In this document: one piece after another, positions 1-9,765 of the stretch
How the letters are laid out: the number at the start of each line of letters is the position of its first letter
Numbering within the stretch: position 1 is the first letter of the stretch
Assembly: GCA_964409875.1 (NCBI GenBank)
Contig: CAYPEN010000001.1
Coordinates: 1,313 to 65,312 of the forward strand
From: an uncultured Gammaproteobacteria bacterium
GTDB taxonomy: Bacteria; Patescibacteriota; Microgenomatia; Levybacterales; GWA1-39-11
Direction of reading: 5' to 3'
Length of the DNA: 64,000 bases
The notes under the pieces: model-generated
The model's database searches: none
The model's input: only the letters and a program-made list of their open reading frames with translations
Told to the model about the DNA's origin: nothing
Translations under genes and position numbers: made by a program

Positions 1-2
1 TT

Positions 3-3000
3 GCAGCCGGTACCAATCCGACAGCATCAGTCAGTGCAACTTCAGGTTCAAATAATGGAAACGGAATTGTTATCGCCGGTGACGGTTCAATACAGTCCTT
101 AAGGAATAACACGTTAACACTTGGAGGTAATACAACAGGCAACATCACCATCAGCCCACAAAATGGAGCTGGAACGGTCACGGTCAATGGCACACTTGCA
201 GCAAAGACGAGTGGGGGTGCAACAATTGTCGTTGCTGCAAGCAACTCCTCGGCAAAAGGTAAAGCACAGGCTGACTATGTAGCAACAGGTACAAATGATG
301 ATGTAACTATCGAGTCGGCAATAGCCGCTCTCCCTGCAACTGGGGGGTCCGTGGTGTTATTGGATGGTACATACAATATCGGCAATGCTGCAGGAGACGG
401 AATTGATATTACTAAGTCGAACGTCTCAATCATAGGGTCTGGTAAGGCTACGATTCTGAAAAGACAAGGAGATACGGCTACAAATGATGGCGTTATTGCC
501 GCCACCTCAGTTTCACGTATAGCAATTGCTGATCTTGCGATAGACGGAACCAAGGCAACCTATACGGGCACACAAAATAGAGGTATTTATTTCAGTTCGG
601 CTGTTACTAATTCCCAAATCAGAAATACATACATTCACGACAATGACGGGACCGGTATTTATGTAGATTCATCAAGTAACAATAATACATTCAAAGATAA
701 TGACCTACAGTCTAACGGCGAGTACGGCGGTATTGTAATTGTCTCTTCAAATAGCAATATTATTTCGGGAAACAACCTGCAGTCCAATACTACGTATGGT
801 ATCTGGCTAGTCGCTTCAACAAATAACACGGTTACGGGTAATAATGTACAGTCAAACACCGGAACAGGTATCGAGATGTTCAACGGCGCCAACAATAACA
901 TCGTGACAGGGAATACATTGCAATCCAATACTCAAATCGGTATCTCTATTGATACAGCCAACAACAACAGCATAACGGGGAATAAGCTTTATGACAACAC
1001 CGGTAGCGGATCCAATTCATCAATCGTTCTTGCTACTGCCGACGCAAATACTATTGCTAATAACGACATTACGGATACAGCAGGAACGGGATATGCAATA
1101 AATATCTCAAACTCAGCAAGCGACAATAACTATGTGACAGGGAACCGTTATTCGGGGACAGGTGCGGCCAATATTTCAGATTCGGGTACAGGAACAATGT
1201 TAGCTTCGCAGCTTGCAAACAGCGGTAATGACCTTATTCTAAATGCAGCCCGGTATTTGGGTATTGGAACCGCAACACCCACCTCCGTTTTGAGTGTAGT
1301 GGGGGGCACTATGGGTGGTAATGCAGCTGTAATTCTCAACCAAACTGGTTCTTCCACTAATGATATTTTTGCCGCATCTTCATCGGGTACGACCAAATTC
1401 GTCATCAAAAATGATGGGACTGCTTCAACATCAGGAAATCTAGTTATCAATTCAACAGGTTCACTTCAAACCACAAATAACCAAACACTTACCCTTGGAG
1501 GGAGTTCCACAGGTGATATCGTTCTTAAGCCACGGAATGGGAGCGGTTTTGTGGGAATTGGTAATGCAAGTCCTGCCTATCCATTGGACCTTCTCTCTAC
1601 CACCAATCCGCAAGTCCGCTTCGGATATGATACTTCAAATTACATGACGCTGCAGATAGGTTCAAGCGGAGTAACAACCTTTGATGCGGTCGGGAGCGGA
1701 GCGGCATTCAACTTCAAAGATACGGTTTCGTTGGGTGTGTCAGGAGCTTCAAATGGGATTTTGCAATTTAATAATAGTGCTGGTGGAACAGCAGCAAGTA
1801 TTACTACTAACGCTTCAGGCGACTTAATTTTGCAGTCTTCAGGAGGAATTGTGAATTTGGGAGTAGGTTCGGGAGATATTACTATTGATCCCGGCACTAA
1901 TAATATAGTAGCCAATCTTACGTCAGGTAATTTCTATGGGCAGAAAAATGGAACAAGCCTTATCTCACTTTCTACATCAGGGACTCTTCCAGTTGCCTCC
2001 TTCTCCGGGACAACTTCTTTTGCAGGATTATTGGTTGATAACAGTGGGGTAGGCAATCTCTTCACCGCCTCAACCTCGGGTCTTACGAGGTTTACAATCA
2101 CTAATAATGGGACTGCTTCTTCATCAGCAGGGTTTACTATCGACGGAAATGGGGGAAATATTCAGTCAACACGAAACCAAAGTCTGACAATTGGTGGCGG
2201 CTCGACCGGGGAATTGACTATCGGTAGGACCTCGCAAAGGGTTTTTCTTCCCGGCTTTGATTGTTCGGGTAGCGGCAACGGAGGAAAACTTACGACTACC
2301 GCAGGCGGAGTCCTTACTTGTGCTGCCGATGGCGGAAGTAGCGGAGCAGCAGGTACTTGGACCCTGGATGGAACGAACGGCATTCACACTCCTATAAATA
2401 ATACAGCTGACCTTCTCGTTGGAGGGACTTCAACGCAGTCAGCCATGTTTAGTGTTTTGGGAATTGCAGCTGGTACCAATCCATCAGCATCTGTATCGGC
2501 CATCAATGGTGCAAATGCTAATAAGGGTATCTATATGGCAGGAGACGGGAGTTTGCAGAGTGTCCGCAACAACTTCCTCACCCTTGGAGGAAATACAACA
2601 GGAGATATTTATCTCAAGCCGCTGAACGGCGCAGGAATGGTGAGAATTATCCATGGCACTACCGGAACAGGTGGACTTATGCTAGGTGATTCAGAGACCG
2701 ATGCCACACAAAAGGCAGCACGTTTGAAGTCAATTCCATATAACAGTGCTTCCTCTCTTCCAATCTCAATGCTTATTGCTATCAATTCATCGACAAATAA
2801 CGTACTTAATATTGGGGGAGGTTCAAGCTCTGAGTATGCAGTAACCGATGTATATATTAAAACAGCTACCACTCAGACCACTACAGTAGGAACGACAAGA
2901 TTTTATGTTGGAGGAGCAAGCGGTTTTGTAGGAATCGGTGATACAAATACTTCTCCTGTTGCAAGGCTTGATATTTTAGATAATGCGACCGATATCAATG

Positions 3001-6000
3001 GGGAAAAACTGGTACTCAGGAGAACCGGGGCAGGAGATGTCGGTCTGTCATTCCAGCAGAATGGTATATCAGCATTCGGAATTGTTAATAGAAGTGGTTC
3101 TGGTAACGGTCTTGCATTTGTTGATAATTATTATGAAGGAAGCAATGGAACAGAAATTGCACGGTTCTATGCTTCATCAGGTGTCGGTATTGGAACGCTT
3201 GGCAATACTCCTGTTGCAACACTTGACGTAAGAGGAGTTTTTGCCAATTCAGGTACTCAGCCCGTTGCTTCATTCTCCGGAACAACTTCATTTGCCGGGC
3301 TTATAGTGGATAATAGTGGGGTAGGAGACCTCTTTACTGCCTCAACTTCAGGGTTAACGCGGTTTGTGCTTCAGAGTAATGGGGTTGCTTCAGCCTCCGG
3401 AGGATTTACCATCAACAATGCAGGGAGTCTTCAAACAACCAAAGGTCAAACCCTGACAATCGGTGGAAATTCAACAGGTGACATCTCATTTAAACCAGGA
3501 AATTCTTCAACAAGTCTGTACCTTGCCTCAACAGGGGCTATTGGGGTAAATGGCTCATTTGGGGCACTTGGCCAATGTCTTCTCTCAAATGGGGCAGGGG
3601 CGGCTGCTTCATGGGGAGGATGCGCGGCCGGTGCTGCGGGAGGATGGTTCAACCTCATCTCGTCTCAAGGAACAATTGTCCCTGTCAATCAGACCCTTGA
3701 TCTTCTCTGGGGAGGAAACTCGACCGCTTCTGCGGGCTTTAGAATTTCTGGAGCAACGAAGAACTATGGCACTGTTGCAGCCGCTTCCGTAAGCGCTAAT
3801 ACCTCATTTGCCGGCATGGTTATTGATAACCGTGGAACCGGAGAGCTGTTGACTGCCTCCTCATCAGGTCAGACACGCTTCACTATATATAACAGCGGGA
3901 ATGTAGTTATCGGAAATGGAGGCGACTCAGGATTTAGGCTTGATGTGAAAGGCTCTGTAAGGATAGGCAATAACACGACAACTGACGATATCGTGAAAGA
4001 CAGCTCCGTTGACTTTACTCAGTCGGGATATGCAATTACCACAAATGATAGCGTTAATACTGTTTCGACTTCAGAAAATCAAATCAAGCTTGTTACCGAC
4101 CTTATCGGGGCCGGAGCGTCGCTTACAGCGCCTGCCGCTGACCAGACAACAGGCACCAATGTGACGACCGGGTCTGTAGCCTTCCAGAGACCGGATAAAA
4201 AATTCGTCGTCTTTGTCGGCGGAGCCGCAACAAGCAAAATGTATGATCCGACAACAGGTACGTGGATTGCAGGTCCAAGTACTGCCGGTGCGGTATCCAT
4301 GGGTGCCGGTGCAAGGGCATTCCAGAGACAAAACGGGTCATTCCTGGTAATTCACGGCGGAGCGGCTACTAGTACAACTGTTTATTCCTCGGGTGGTTCT
4401 GCCAATTTGGGAACTGCTATTGCAGGTCCGGCGACAACAGCAGCAGTGGGAGCAGGCTCACAGATAATAAGGCGTCCCGATGGAAAAATTCTCGTTATCC
4501 ATGGAAATACCAGTACAACCTCTAGCGTTCATGACCCGGTTACCGCTACGGGTACGACTTCTTTAATTGGCACCTTTATTACAGGACCTGCAACAACGGG
4601 CAATGTGGTTGCTGGCTCATTTGTTTTCCAGCGGCCTGACGGAAAATGGATTTTGGGGCTTGGAGGAAGTACAACAACCAACCTCTATGACCCCTCTTCC
4701 TCAGGGGTCGGTGGTGGAGGCGCATTTTCAGCAGGGCCATCTCTTTCTGCAGGTGCTCCTGCAGCAGGAACACATGTTATTCAGCTTCCCGATGGTCGGT
4801 TCATGGTTCTTGTGGGTGGAAGCACGGCGACCCAGATATATGACTGGAAGTCTAATTCTTTCTCTGCCGGTAGTACGATGACTGTGACAATTGGTGCCGG
4901 CGCTCATTCTTTCCAGAGGTCTGACGGTAAGTGGGTTGTCGTAGCAGGAGGAAATTCGACAAGCCTTATGCTCTATGACCCAACGAGCGGAGCGGATGGA
5001 ACTTTCAGCAACTTAGCAAGCGGTTTGTCGGCAGCGGCAGGTGCGGGTGCTCTTACCTTCCAAAGACCGGACGGAAAATACATTGTAGTTCACGGAAATA
5101 CTGTCCAAACAACAACTCTCTATGATGCGGGGTGGAATACCACAGGAACTTGGACATCGGAGGACATTCTCAACACAAAGATTTCTACCTATTCGGCGAT
5201 GATTTGGTCGGCAAATCCACAGTCTGCGAATAACAATGCCCGGCTCGATTCTGAAACTATCAATATAGCCGTCAAGACAGGAGACACGCTTACTTCTCTT
5301 GGTAACAATCCATACAGGACTCTTCAGGATAGTGGTGACCTTATTAAGGCGTATGGAAACTCACAATACGCAAAGATTCAGGTTACGTTCACTGTCCCAA
5401 TTCGCTCATATCCCGGAGGAGCAACGGCCTATTTAGCTCAATCAAACATTTGGGACGGCGAGGGAGGTACTTTCCTTCGAAGAAGCTTTATTCAACCAAC
5501 AGTATTTAGTATGCGGATTCAAAATCCTCTTGTGAGTTATGGTGATCCGTCAGGTCAAGGAGATCCTGCTTTTGGAAGAAATTTTGCAACAGCCTCAGCT
5601 CAACTTGAGGGGGTGGGAACGGATAATTCAAACCGCTTGACACTTTTGACCCTCAGAAATCAACCAACCTCGACTGCCTCAGCAGGCATCATTATCGCCT
5701 CTGCATCGGCAAATCTTGGCGGAAATGCGGGTGCCGGTGCTCACACCATAGAGCGCAATAACGGGCAATTCCTTACGATACTTGGCGGCGGCACGACTAC
5801 AACACGCACATATGACTCTGATACGAATACTTGGTCGGCGGGACCCGATTTGCCGAATGCAGCAGGTGCCGGGGCCCATTCCTTCCTCCTTCCTGATGGA
5901 AGATTCTTCGTTGTATTGGGGAACACAACCAATAAGACTGCTATCTTTGACCCCCAGACAAGCCTGTTCTTAGCAGGACCAAACCTCTTTGGAAACGTAG

Positions 6001-8606
6001 GGACTGGTGCTAATTCATTCCAGAGACCCGATGGGTACTTCGTCATTCTCAATGGAGGAGCCACTCCGGCCACTAATATTTTAGATCCGTTCACGATGAC
6101 TGTGACCCAGGGGCCATTTACGGCTGGTGCAACCCCAAATGTAGGCGCAGGCGCCTTGAATATAAAGCGGTCTGATGGAAGAGTTACGATAATTTTAGGA
6201 AATGGTAATGCTATAGCTACAGGAACGAACGTGTACGATCCGGCTTCAAATTCGTTTGCAGCGGGACCGGCGCTTGTTGGAGGGACGGTTAATACCGGAG
6301 GCAGTGCAATACAAATTAATACGGGAAGAATTCTTCTCTTTAAGTCCACAGCTACCTCAAACTGGTATGATCCCGTCCTAAATACATTCGCCGCAGGTCC
6401 GACACCGACTGCTAATGGCGCCGGCGCATTTGTGATTCCTCGTTCTGACGGAAAGATATTCAAGGCGAACGGAGGAAACGCGGCTACAACAAATATTATC
6501 GACCCTCAGTCAGGCGTCGCAGTAACGGCCACCAGTGCTCCAACGCTTCCATGCAACATCAATACGGGTGCCCATACATTCCAGCGTCCAACGGGGGAGT
6601 ACGTTGTCATCTGTGGAGGCAGTACTGCAAATACTCTTGTTATCGATGCGGGTTGGAATTTGGGCGGAACTTATACTACGGAGCAAATCCAGGTCCCCAA
6701 CCTCAGCAGTACGAGCTCATTATTCTGGAAGAATGTAGGACAAGGGTCAATTACTGTAAAGTACAGAACTGCCGCTTCACAGCAGGCATTAGGAGTATCT
6801 TCATGGAAGGATTTACCTAAAAGCGGGTCTTATATTTCGCCAGCTGCTGGGGATACATGGATTCAAGCGAGGTTTGATTTGCAGGGAGTATTGCAGGATT
6901 TGCCGGGTGCAAAAACAAGAGTATGGAACGGGTCTGATGCGGGTGGTGGAATGGTCTATTACCGCTCAGTTCAGGCGCCAATACTTGAGTATTGGAAACT
7001 CATCAATATACAAGACCCGACGCTTTTGACTCTTTCAAGCGGTGGAGATAATGTGTTCCGTTTCTCCTCGGACGGTCAAGCATATACCTCTGACAATGGA
7101 GCATGGAATTCAGGAGGCGCCGACCTTGCAGAGCGCTATCAATCCCAAGATAGCCTTGTTGCAGGTGAAGTTGTATCTCTTGACAGGTTCCATCCGCAGA
7201 ACACCCGTCGCGCAACTACAGCTTATGACCAGAATGCCATGGGGGTTGTTTCGACTCAGCCCGGATTTGTTGCAGGTGCTTACACCGAGAATTCGTACCC
7301 AATTGCGCTTGTCGGACGTGTGCCTGTCAAGGTAAGCAATGAAAATGGAGAAATTCACGCGGGTGACTACCTCACTTCAGCCTCAATTCCAGGATATGCG
7401 ATGAAAGCAACCGTTGCAGGTCGGGTCATAGGTCAGGCGATGGAATCCTTCGACTCCGCTCAGGACCATGGGACTTCCAACCTGCAGGATTGTCCTAAAT
7501 TCGGTGCCGGAAATCTGACGGCAACACGATGCGGAACCATAACAGTATTTGTGAACCTGACCTCCTACAATGGCGAATCCGTAGACGTTGCCATGAAAGA
7601 GAATGGGTACGCCCTCAAAGAGGAGGAGTTACCCGCAATTTCCGGGATGGACTTTTCTGAAGGAACGGATGCAAGGCGCCAACAAGAAGTGCTCGGGTTC
7701 CTAAAGACCCAAAAAGATAACGGGCAAAGTATCTATACGGATAGAATTGCTGCAACGCAGGAGGTTATAAGTCCGCAGATTGTGACCGACCTTTTGGTCG
7801 CAAAGAAGATAAAGGCCGAGTCTATCGAAGGGCTTGAAATCATCACTAACTCAATTGAGAGGCTAACAGACCAGGTTGGAACAGGTAGTGCTATCCAGAA
7901 TTTCTCAGATAGGCTTACGATGTTAAGCCTTACTCAGAAAGACTTTGAAACTCAGGTTTCATCATTATCTGCAAAACTTGACAAGATAAGCTCACTTAAC
8001 CTCCTAAGCTTTATTGCCCAGGGCTCGACAAGCGGAGAGCTAACCATGGTCAACAATTTTGCTTCCTACGGCACGACAACGCTCTCAGAGGCCTCTGTAA
8101 TGAACACAATAACAATTGGTACGGGTTCTACCCTCAACCTTTCAAATAACTCACTGTACACGCTTGGAGACGACCTTTCTATACAGCCATTCAGACAGGG
8201 CGGCGTCAACTTCCTCGGTGGACTCATCAGCTTCGACACAGATGGGAAAGCGGTATTTAAAGAGGACGTTACCTTTGAAAAGAATGTGGGCGTTGCTGGT
8301 GTTCTTTCGGCCAAAACCGTTGCCTCAACTGAGCTTCAACTCGGCCAGGGAACAACGACCGTTATCTCAGATACGGAAGTAACGGCTACCGCCGCTGCAG
8401 GCCTTGTTACTTTGAAGAAGAACACAGACCACGTCAAGGTCAACAATCCGCTCGTACGTGACAATTCGTTCATATTCATAACTCCAAAGACCAAGACTGT
8501 CCTGCAACTGTTCTTGCTCGACCAAGCTGAGGGTACATCATTCACCGTCGGAGTAGACGGCAAATCCACAGAAGACATCAAGTTCAATTACCTCATCGTC
8601 AACTGA
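3..8606 (+). CDS. Giant surface/tail-fibre-like protein (5'-partial, >2,860 aa): right-handed beta-helix, repeated fibre modules, two Kelch-like propellers, C-terminal intramolecular-chaperone-like region
   Basis: Frame is open from base 3 (AAGTNPTASVS...) into the 351 ORF; parallel beta-helix repeats (SNNNTxxxNxLQSN); Kelch-like repeats (GAGAHSFQRPDGKxxVxxGG); GGADLAERY...PIALVGRVPVKV motif near the C-terminus. Confidence 0.85.
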   Translation, partial: AAGTNPTASVSATSGSNNGNGIVIAGDGSIQSLRNNTLTLGGNTTGNITISPQNGAGTVTVNGTLAAKTSGGATIVVAASNSSAKGKAQADYVATGTNDDVTIESAIAALPATGGSVVLLDGTYNIGNAAGDGIDITKSNVSIIGSGKATILKRQGDTATNDGVIAATSVSRIAIADLAIDGTKATYTGTQNRGIYFSSAVTNSQIRNTYIHDNDGTGIYVDSSSNNNTFKDNDLQSNGEYGGIVIVSSNSNIISGNNLQSNTTYGIWLVASTNNTVTGNNVQSNTGTGIEMFNGANNNIVTGNTLQSNTQIGISIDTANNNSITGNKLYDNTGSGSNSSIVLATADANTIANNDITDTAGTGYAINISNSASDNNYVTGNRYSGTGAANISDSGTGTMLASQLANSGNDLILNAARYLGIGTATPTSVLSVVGGTMGGNAAVILNQTGSSTNDIFAASSSGTTKFVIKNDGTASTSGNLVINSTGSLQTTNNQTLTLGGSSTGDIVLKPRNGSGFVGIGNASPAYPLDLLSTTNPQVRFGYDTSNYMTLQIGSSGVTTFDAVGSGAAFNFKDTVSLGVSGASNGILQFNNSAGGTAASITTNASGDLILQSSGGIVNLGVGSGDITIDPGTNNIVANLTSGNFYGQKNGTSLISLSTSGTLPVASFSGTTSFAGLLVDNSGVGNLFTASTSGLTRFTITNNGTASSSAGFTIDGNGGNIQSTRNQSLTIGGGSTGELTIGRTSQRVFLPGFDCSGSGNGGKLTTTAGGVLTCAADGGSSGAAGTWTLDGTNGIHTPINNTADLLVGGTSTQSAMFSVLGIAAGTNPSASVSAINGANANKGIYMAGDGSLQSVRNNFLTLGGNTTGDIYLKPLNGAGMVRIIHGTTGTGGLMLGDSETDATQKAARLKSIPYNSASSLPISMLIAINSSTNNVLNIGGGSSSEYAVTDVYIKTATTQTTTVGTTRFYVGGASGFVGIGDTNTSPVARLDILDNATDINGEKLVLRRTGAGDVGLSFQQNGISAFGIVNRSGSGNGLAFVDNYYEGSNGTEIARFYASSGVGIGTLGNTPVATLDVRGVFANSGTQPVASFSGTTSFAGLIVDNSGVGDLFTASTSGLTRFVLQSNGVASASGGFTINNAGSLQTTKGQTLTIGGNSTGDISFKPGNSSTSLYLASTGAIGVNGSFGALGQCLLSNGAGAAASWGGCAAGAAGGWFNLISSQGTIVPVNQTLDLLWGGNSTASAGFRISGATKNYGTVAAASVSANTSFAGMVIDNRGTGELLTASSSGQTRFTIYNSGNVVIGNGGDSGFRLDVKGSVRIGNNTTTDDIVKDSSVDFTQSGYAITTNDSVNTVSTSENQIKLVTDLIGAGASLTAPAADQTTGTNVTTGSVAFQRPDKKFVVFVGGAATSKMYDPTTGTWIAGPSTAGAVSMGAGARAFQRQNGSFLVIHGGAATSTTVYSSGGSANLGTAIAGPATTAAVGAGSQIIRRPDGKILVIHGNTSTTSSVHDPVTATGTTSLIGTFITGPATTGNVVAGSFVFQRPDGKWILGLGGSTTTNLYDPSSSGVGGGGAFSAGPSLSAGAPAAGTHVIQLPDGRFMVLVGGSTATQIYDWKSNSFSAGSTMTVTIGAGAHSFQRSDGKWVVVAGGNSTSLMLYDPTSGADGTFSNLASGLSAAAGAGALTFQRPDGKYIVVHGNTVQTTTLYDAGWNTTGTWTSEDILNTKISTYSAMIWSANPQSANNNARLDSETINIAVKTGDTLTSLGNNPYRTLQDSGDLIKAYGNSQYAKIQVTFTVPIRSYPGGATAYLAQSNIWDGEGGTFLRRSFIQPTVFSMRIQNPLVSYGDPSGQGDPAFGRNFATASAQLEGVGTDNSNRLTLLTLRNQPTSTASAGIIIASASANLGGNAGAGAHTIERNNGQFLTILGGGTTTTRTYDSDTNTWSAGPDLPNAAGAGAHSFLLPDGRFFVVLGNTTNKTAIFDPQTSLFLAGPNLFGNVGTGANSFQRPDGYFVILNGGATPATNILDPFTMTVTQGPFTAGATPNVGAGALNIKRSDGRVTIILGNGNAIATGTNVYDPASNSFAAGPALVGGTVNTGGSAIQINTGRILLFKSTATSNWYDPVLNTFAAGPTPTANGAGAFVIPRSDGKIFKANGGNAATTNIIDPQSGVAVTATSAPTLPCNINTGAHTFQRPTGEYVVICGGSTANTLVIDAGWNLGGTYTTEQIQVPNLSSTSSLFWKNVGQGSITVKYRTAASQQALGVSSWKDLPKSGSYISPAAGDTWIQARFDLQGVLQDLPGAKTRVWNGSDAGGGMVYYRSVQAPILEYWKLINIQDPTLLTLSSGGDNVFRFSSDGQAYTSDNGAWNSGGADLAERYQSQDSLVAGEVVSLDRFHPQNTRRATTAYDQNAMGVVSTQPGFVAGAYTENSYPIALVGRVPVKVSNENGEIHAGDYLTSASIPGYAMKATVAGRVIGQAMESFDSAQDHGTSNLQDCPKFGAGNLTATRCGTITVFVNLTSYNGESVDVAMKENGYALKEEELPAISGMDFSEGTDARRQQEVLGFLKTQKDNGQSIYTDRIAATQEVISPQIVTDLLVAKKIKAESIEGLEIITNSIERLTDQVGTGSAIQNFSDRLTMLSLTQKDFETQVSSLSAKLDKISSLNLLSFIAQGSTSGELTMVNNFASYGTTTLSEASVMNTITIGTGSTLNLSNNSLYTLGDDLSIQPFRQGGVNFLGGLISFDTDGKAVFKEDVTFEKNVGVAGVLSAKTVASTELQLGQGTTTVISDTEVTATAAAGLVTLKKNTDHVKVNNPLVRDNSFIFITPKTKTVLQLFLLDQAEGTSFTVGVDGKSTEDIKFNYLIVN

Positions 8607-8615
8607 CGATGAGAT

Positions 8616-9078
8616 TCAATTTTTAAGCTCAAATTTTTAATTTTTAAACAAATAAAAATGACAAAAGTAGAAAAAAGATACGACTTAGAAGAAAGAACGG
8701 CAGTTTTTGCAGAAAATGTTATAGCGCTTTGTAAAAGAGTGAAAAAAGACGTTGTTTTACCGCCTCTTATAAGTCAATTAGTACGTTCTGCAACAAGCAT
8801 TGGAGCAAATTACTGTGAGGCAAATGGAGCATCTTCTAAGAAAGATTTCACAAATAAAATCCATATCTGCAAAAAAGAAGCAAAAGAAACAATGTATTGG
8901 CTGAGGATTTTGGGTTCTAGCACTGAAGACCAAAAAGAAGAATGTAGGATTTTATGGAAAGAATCACATGAACTAGCACTCATCTTTGGAAAAATAGCAA
9001 CCAATTCAAAGCAAACAGGTTTAGAGCTTAGAAATTGAAATTTGATTAAAAATTTTAAATTAAAAATTTGAATTTGAA
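8616..9078. repeat. Inverted degenerate heptamer arrays flanking the four-helix-bundle gene
   Basis: Left ttcaatt-tttaagc-tcaaatt-tttaatt-tttaaac; right agcttag-aaattga-aatttga...aaattaa-aaatttg-aatttga, approximately the reverse complement. Confidence 0.7.
8658..9038 (+). CDS. Four helix bundle protein (23S rRNA IVS protein / Avd-like family)
   Basis: DLEERTAVFA...QLVRSATSIGANYCEA...SKKDF..KI.IC.KEA.ET.YWL matches the family signature. Confidence 0.9.
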   Translation: MTKVEKRYDLEERTAVFAENVIALCKRVKKDVVLPPLISQLVRSATSIGANYCEANGASSKKDFTNKIHICKKEAKETMYWLRILGSSTEDQKEECRILWKESHELALIFGKIATNSKQTGLELRN

Positions 9079-9166
9079 CAAGATTATGAACAAATTAATC
9101 AATATGAAACAAGTTATTTTTAGCTATTTTTCCTCGCCATAGGCGAGAGGAAGGAGGTGAAGATAT

Positions 9167-9247
9167 GTGGCACAAAAAGCATTAAAGAAAGTACGAAAAC
9201 AAGTGAAGCTTTTCGTGTATTTCTTGTCAGCATCATACGCCAATTAA
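9167..9247 (+). CDS. Putative 26-aa peptide MAQKALKKVRKQVKLFVYFLSASYAN
   Basis: GTG start 6 nt after a very strong SD (aaggaggtga); below the ORF-track cutoff. Confidence 0.4.
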   Translation: MAQKALKKVRKQVKLFVYFLSASYAN

Positions 9248-9398
9248 ATTAGTAGCTAGAAGCTAGAAGTTAGTAGTTAGCAGAAAGAAGAGTATATAAA
9301 GCCTCAAATTTCTTCAACAACTACAAGAAAACTTCAGTTACTGCCAGTTTTCTTTTTGTTAAAAACTAATAACTAGCGACTAATAACTAATAACTATT
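9248..9398. repeat. Inverted heptamer hairpin with no enclosed gene
   Basis: attagta-gctagaa-gctagaa-gttagta-gttagca ... aactaat-aactagc-gactaat-aactaat-aactatt. Confidence 0.7.
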
Positions 9399-9401
9399 GT
9401 T

Positions 9402-9557
9402 ATGAAAGACTGCCCAGAAATCGAAGAGCTTTTGCTCAGAGTCATCGGAGACGATGTCGTGGGTTTTTTTGAGAGAAAAGCCTCAACATCAGAACAGGAA
9501 GTGAGGGTATTCACGCCTGTATACAGCAGTACAAAGTCGCAAGGCTTGGTCAATTAA
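9402..9557 (+). CDS. Putative 51-aa protein (MKDCPEIEELLLRVIGDD...GLVN)
   Basis: ATG directly after the heptamer hairpin; followed by a stem-loop. Confidence 0.35.
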   Translation: MKDCPEIEELLLRVIGDDVVGFFERKASTSEQEVRVFTPVYSSTKSQGLVN

Positions 9558-9565
9558 CGCAGAGC

Positions 9566-9638
9566 AAAAGCAAACCATAACTCCGGTTAGCCCCAGCCTC
9601 GCGTAGACAACGAGTCTAGGCGGGCCGGTTTGCTTTTG
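9566..9638 (+). terminator. Branched stem-loop, probable terminator
   Basis: aaaagcaaacc ... ggtttgctttt inverted repeat with inner stems. Confidence 0.45.
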
Positions 9639-9765
9639 GGGAAGCGTTTTCGATCCGATGATAGAGTAAAGTGAGTTTTTTAAGCTTCGATTTGGAGGGT
9701 AGGTATTCCTGTAGAAAGAGCGAATTGACTTCCATTTCACTATCTACTATATTCTGGCTATTGCC

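Noticed and set aside
275-8587. Numerous antisense and alternate-frame ORFs over the giant gene and other long CDSs
   Set aside because: Shadow ORFs arising from codon bias, with no motifs or start signals.
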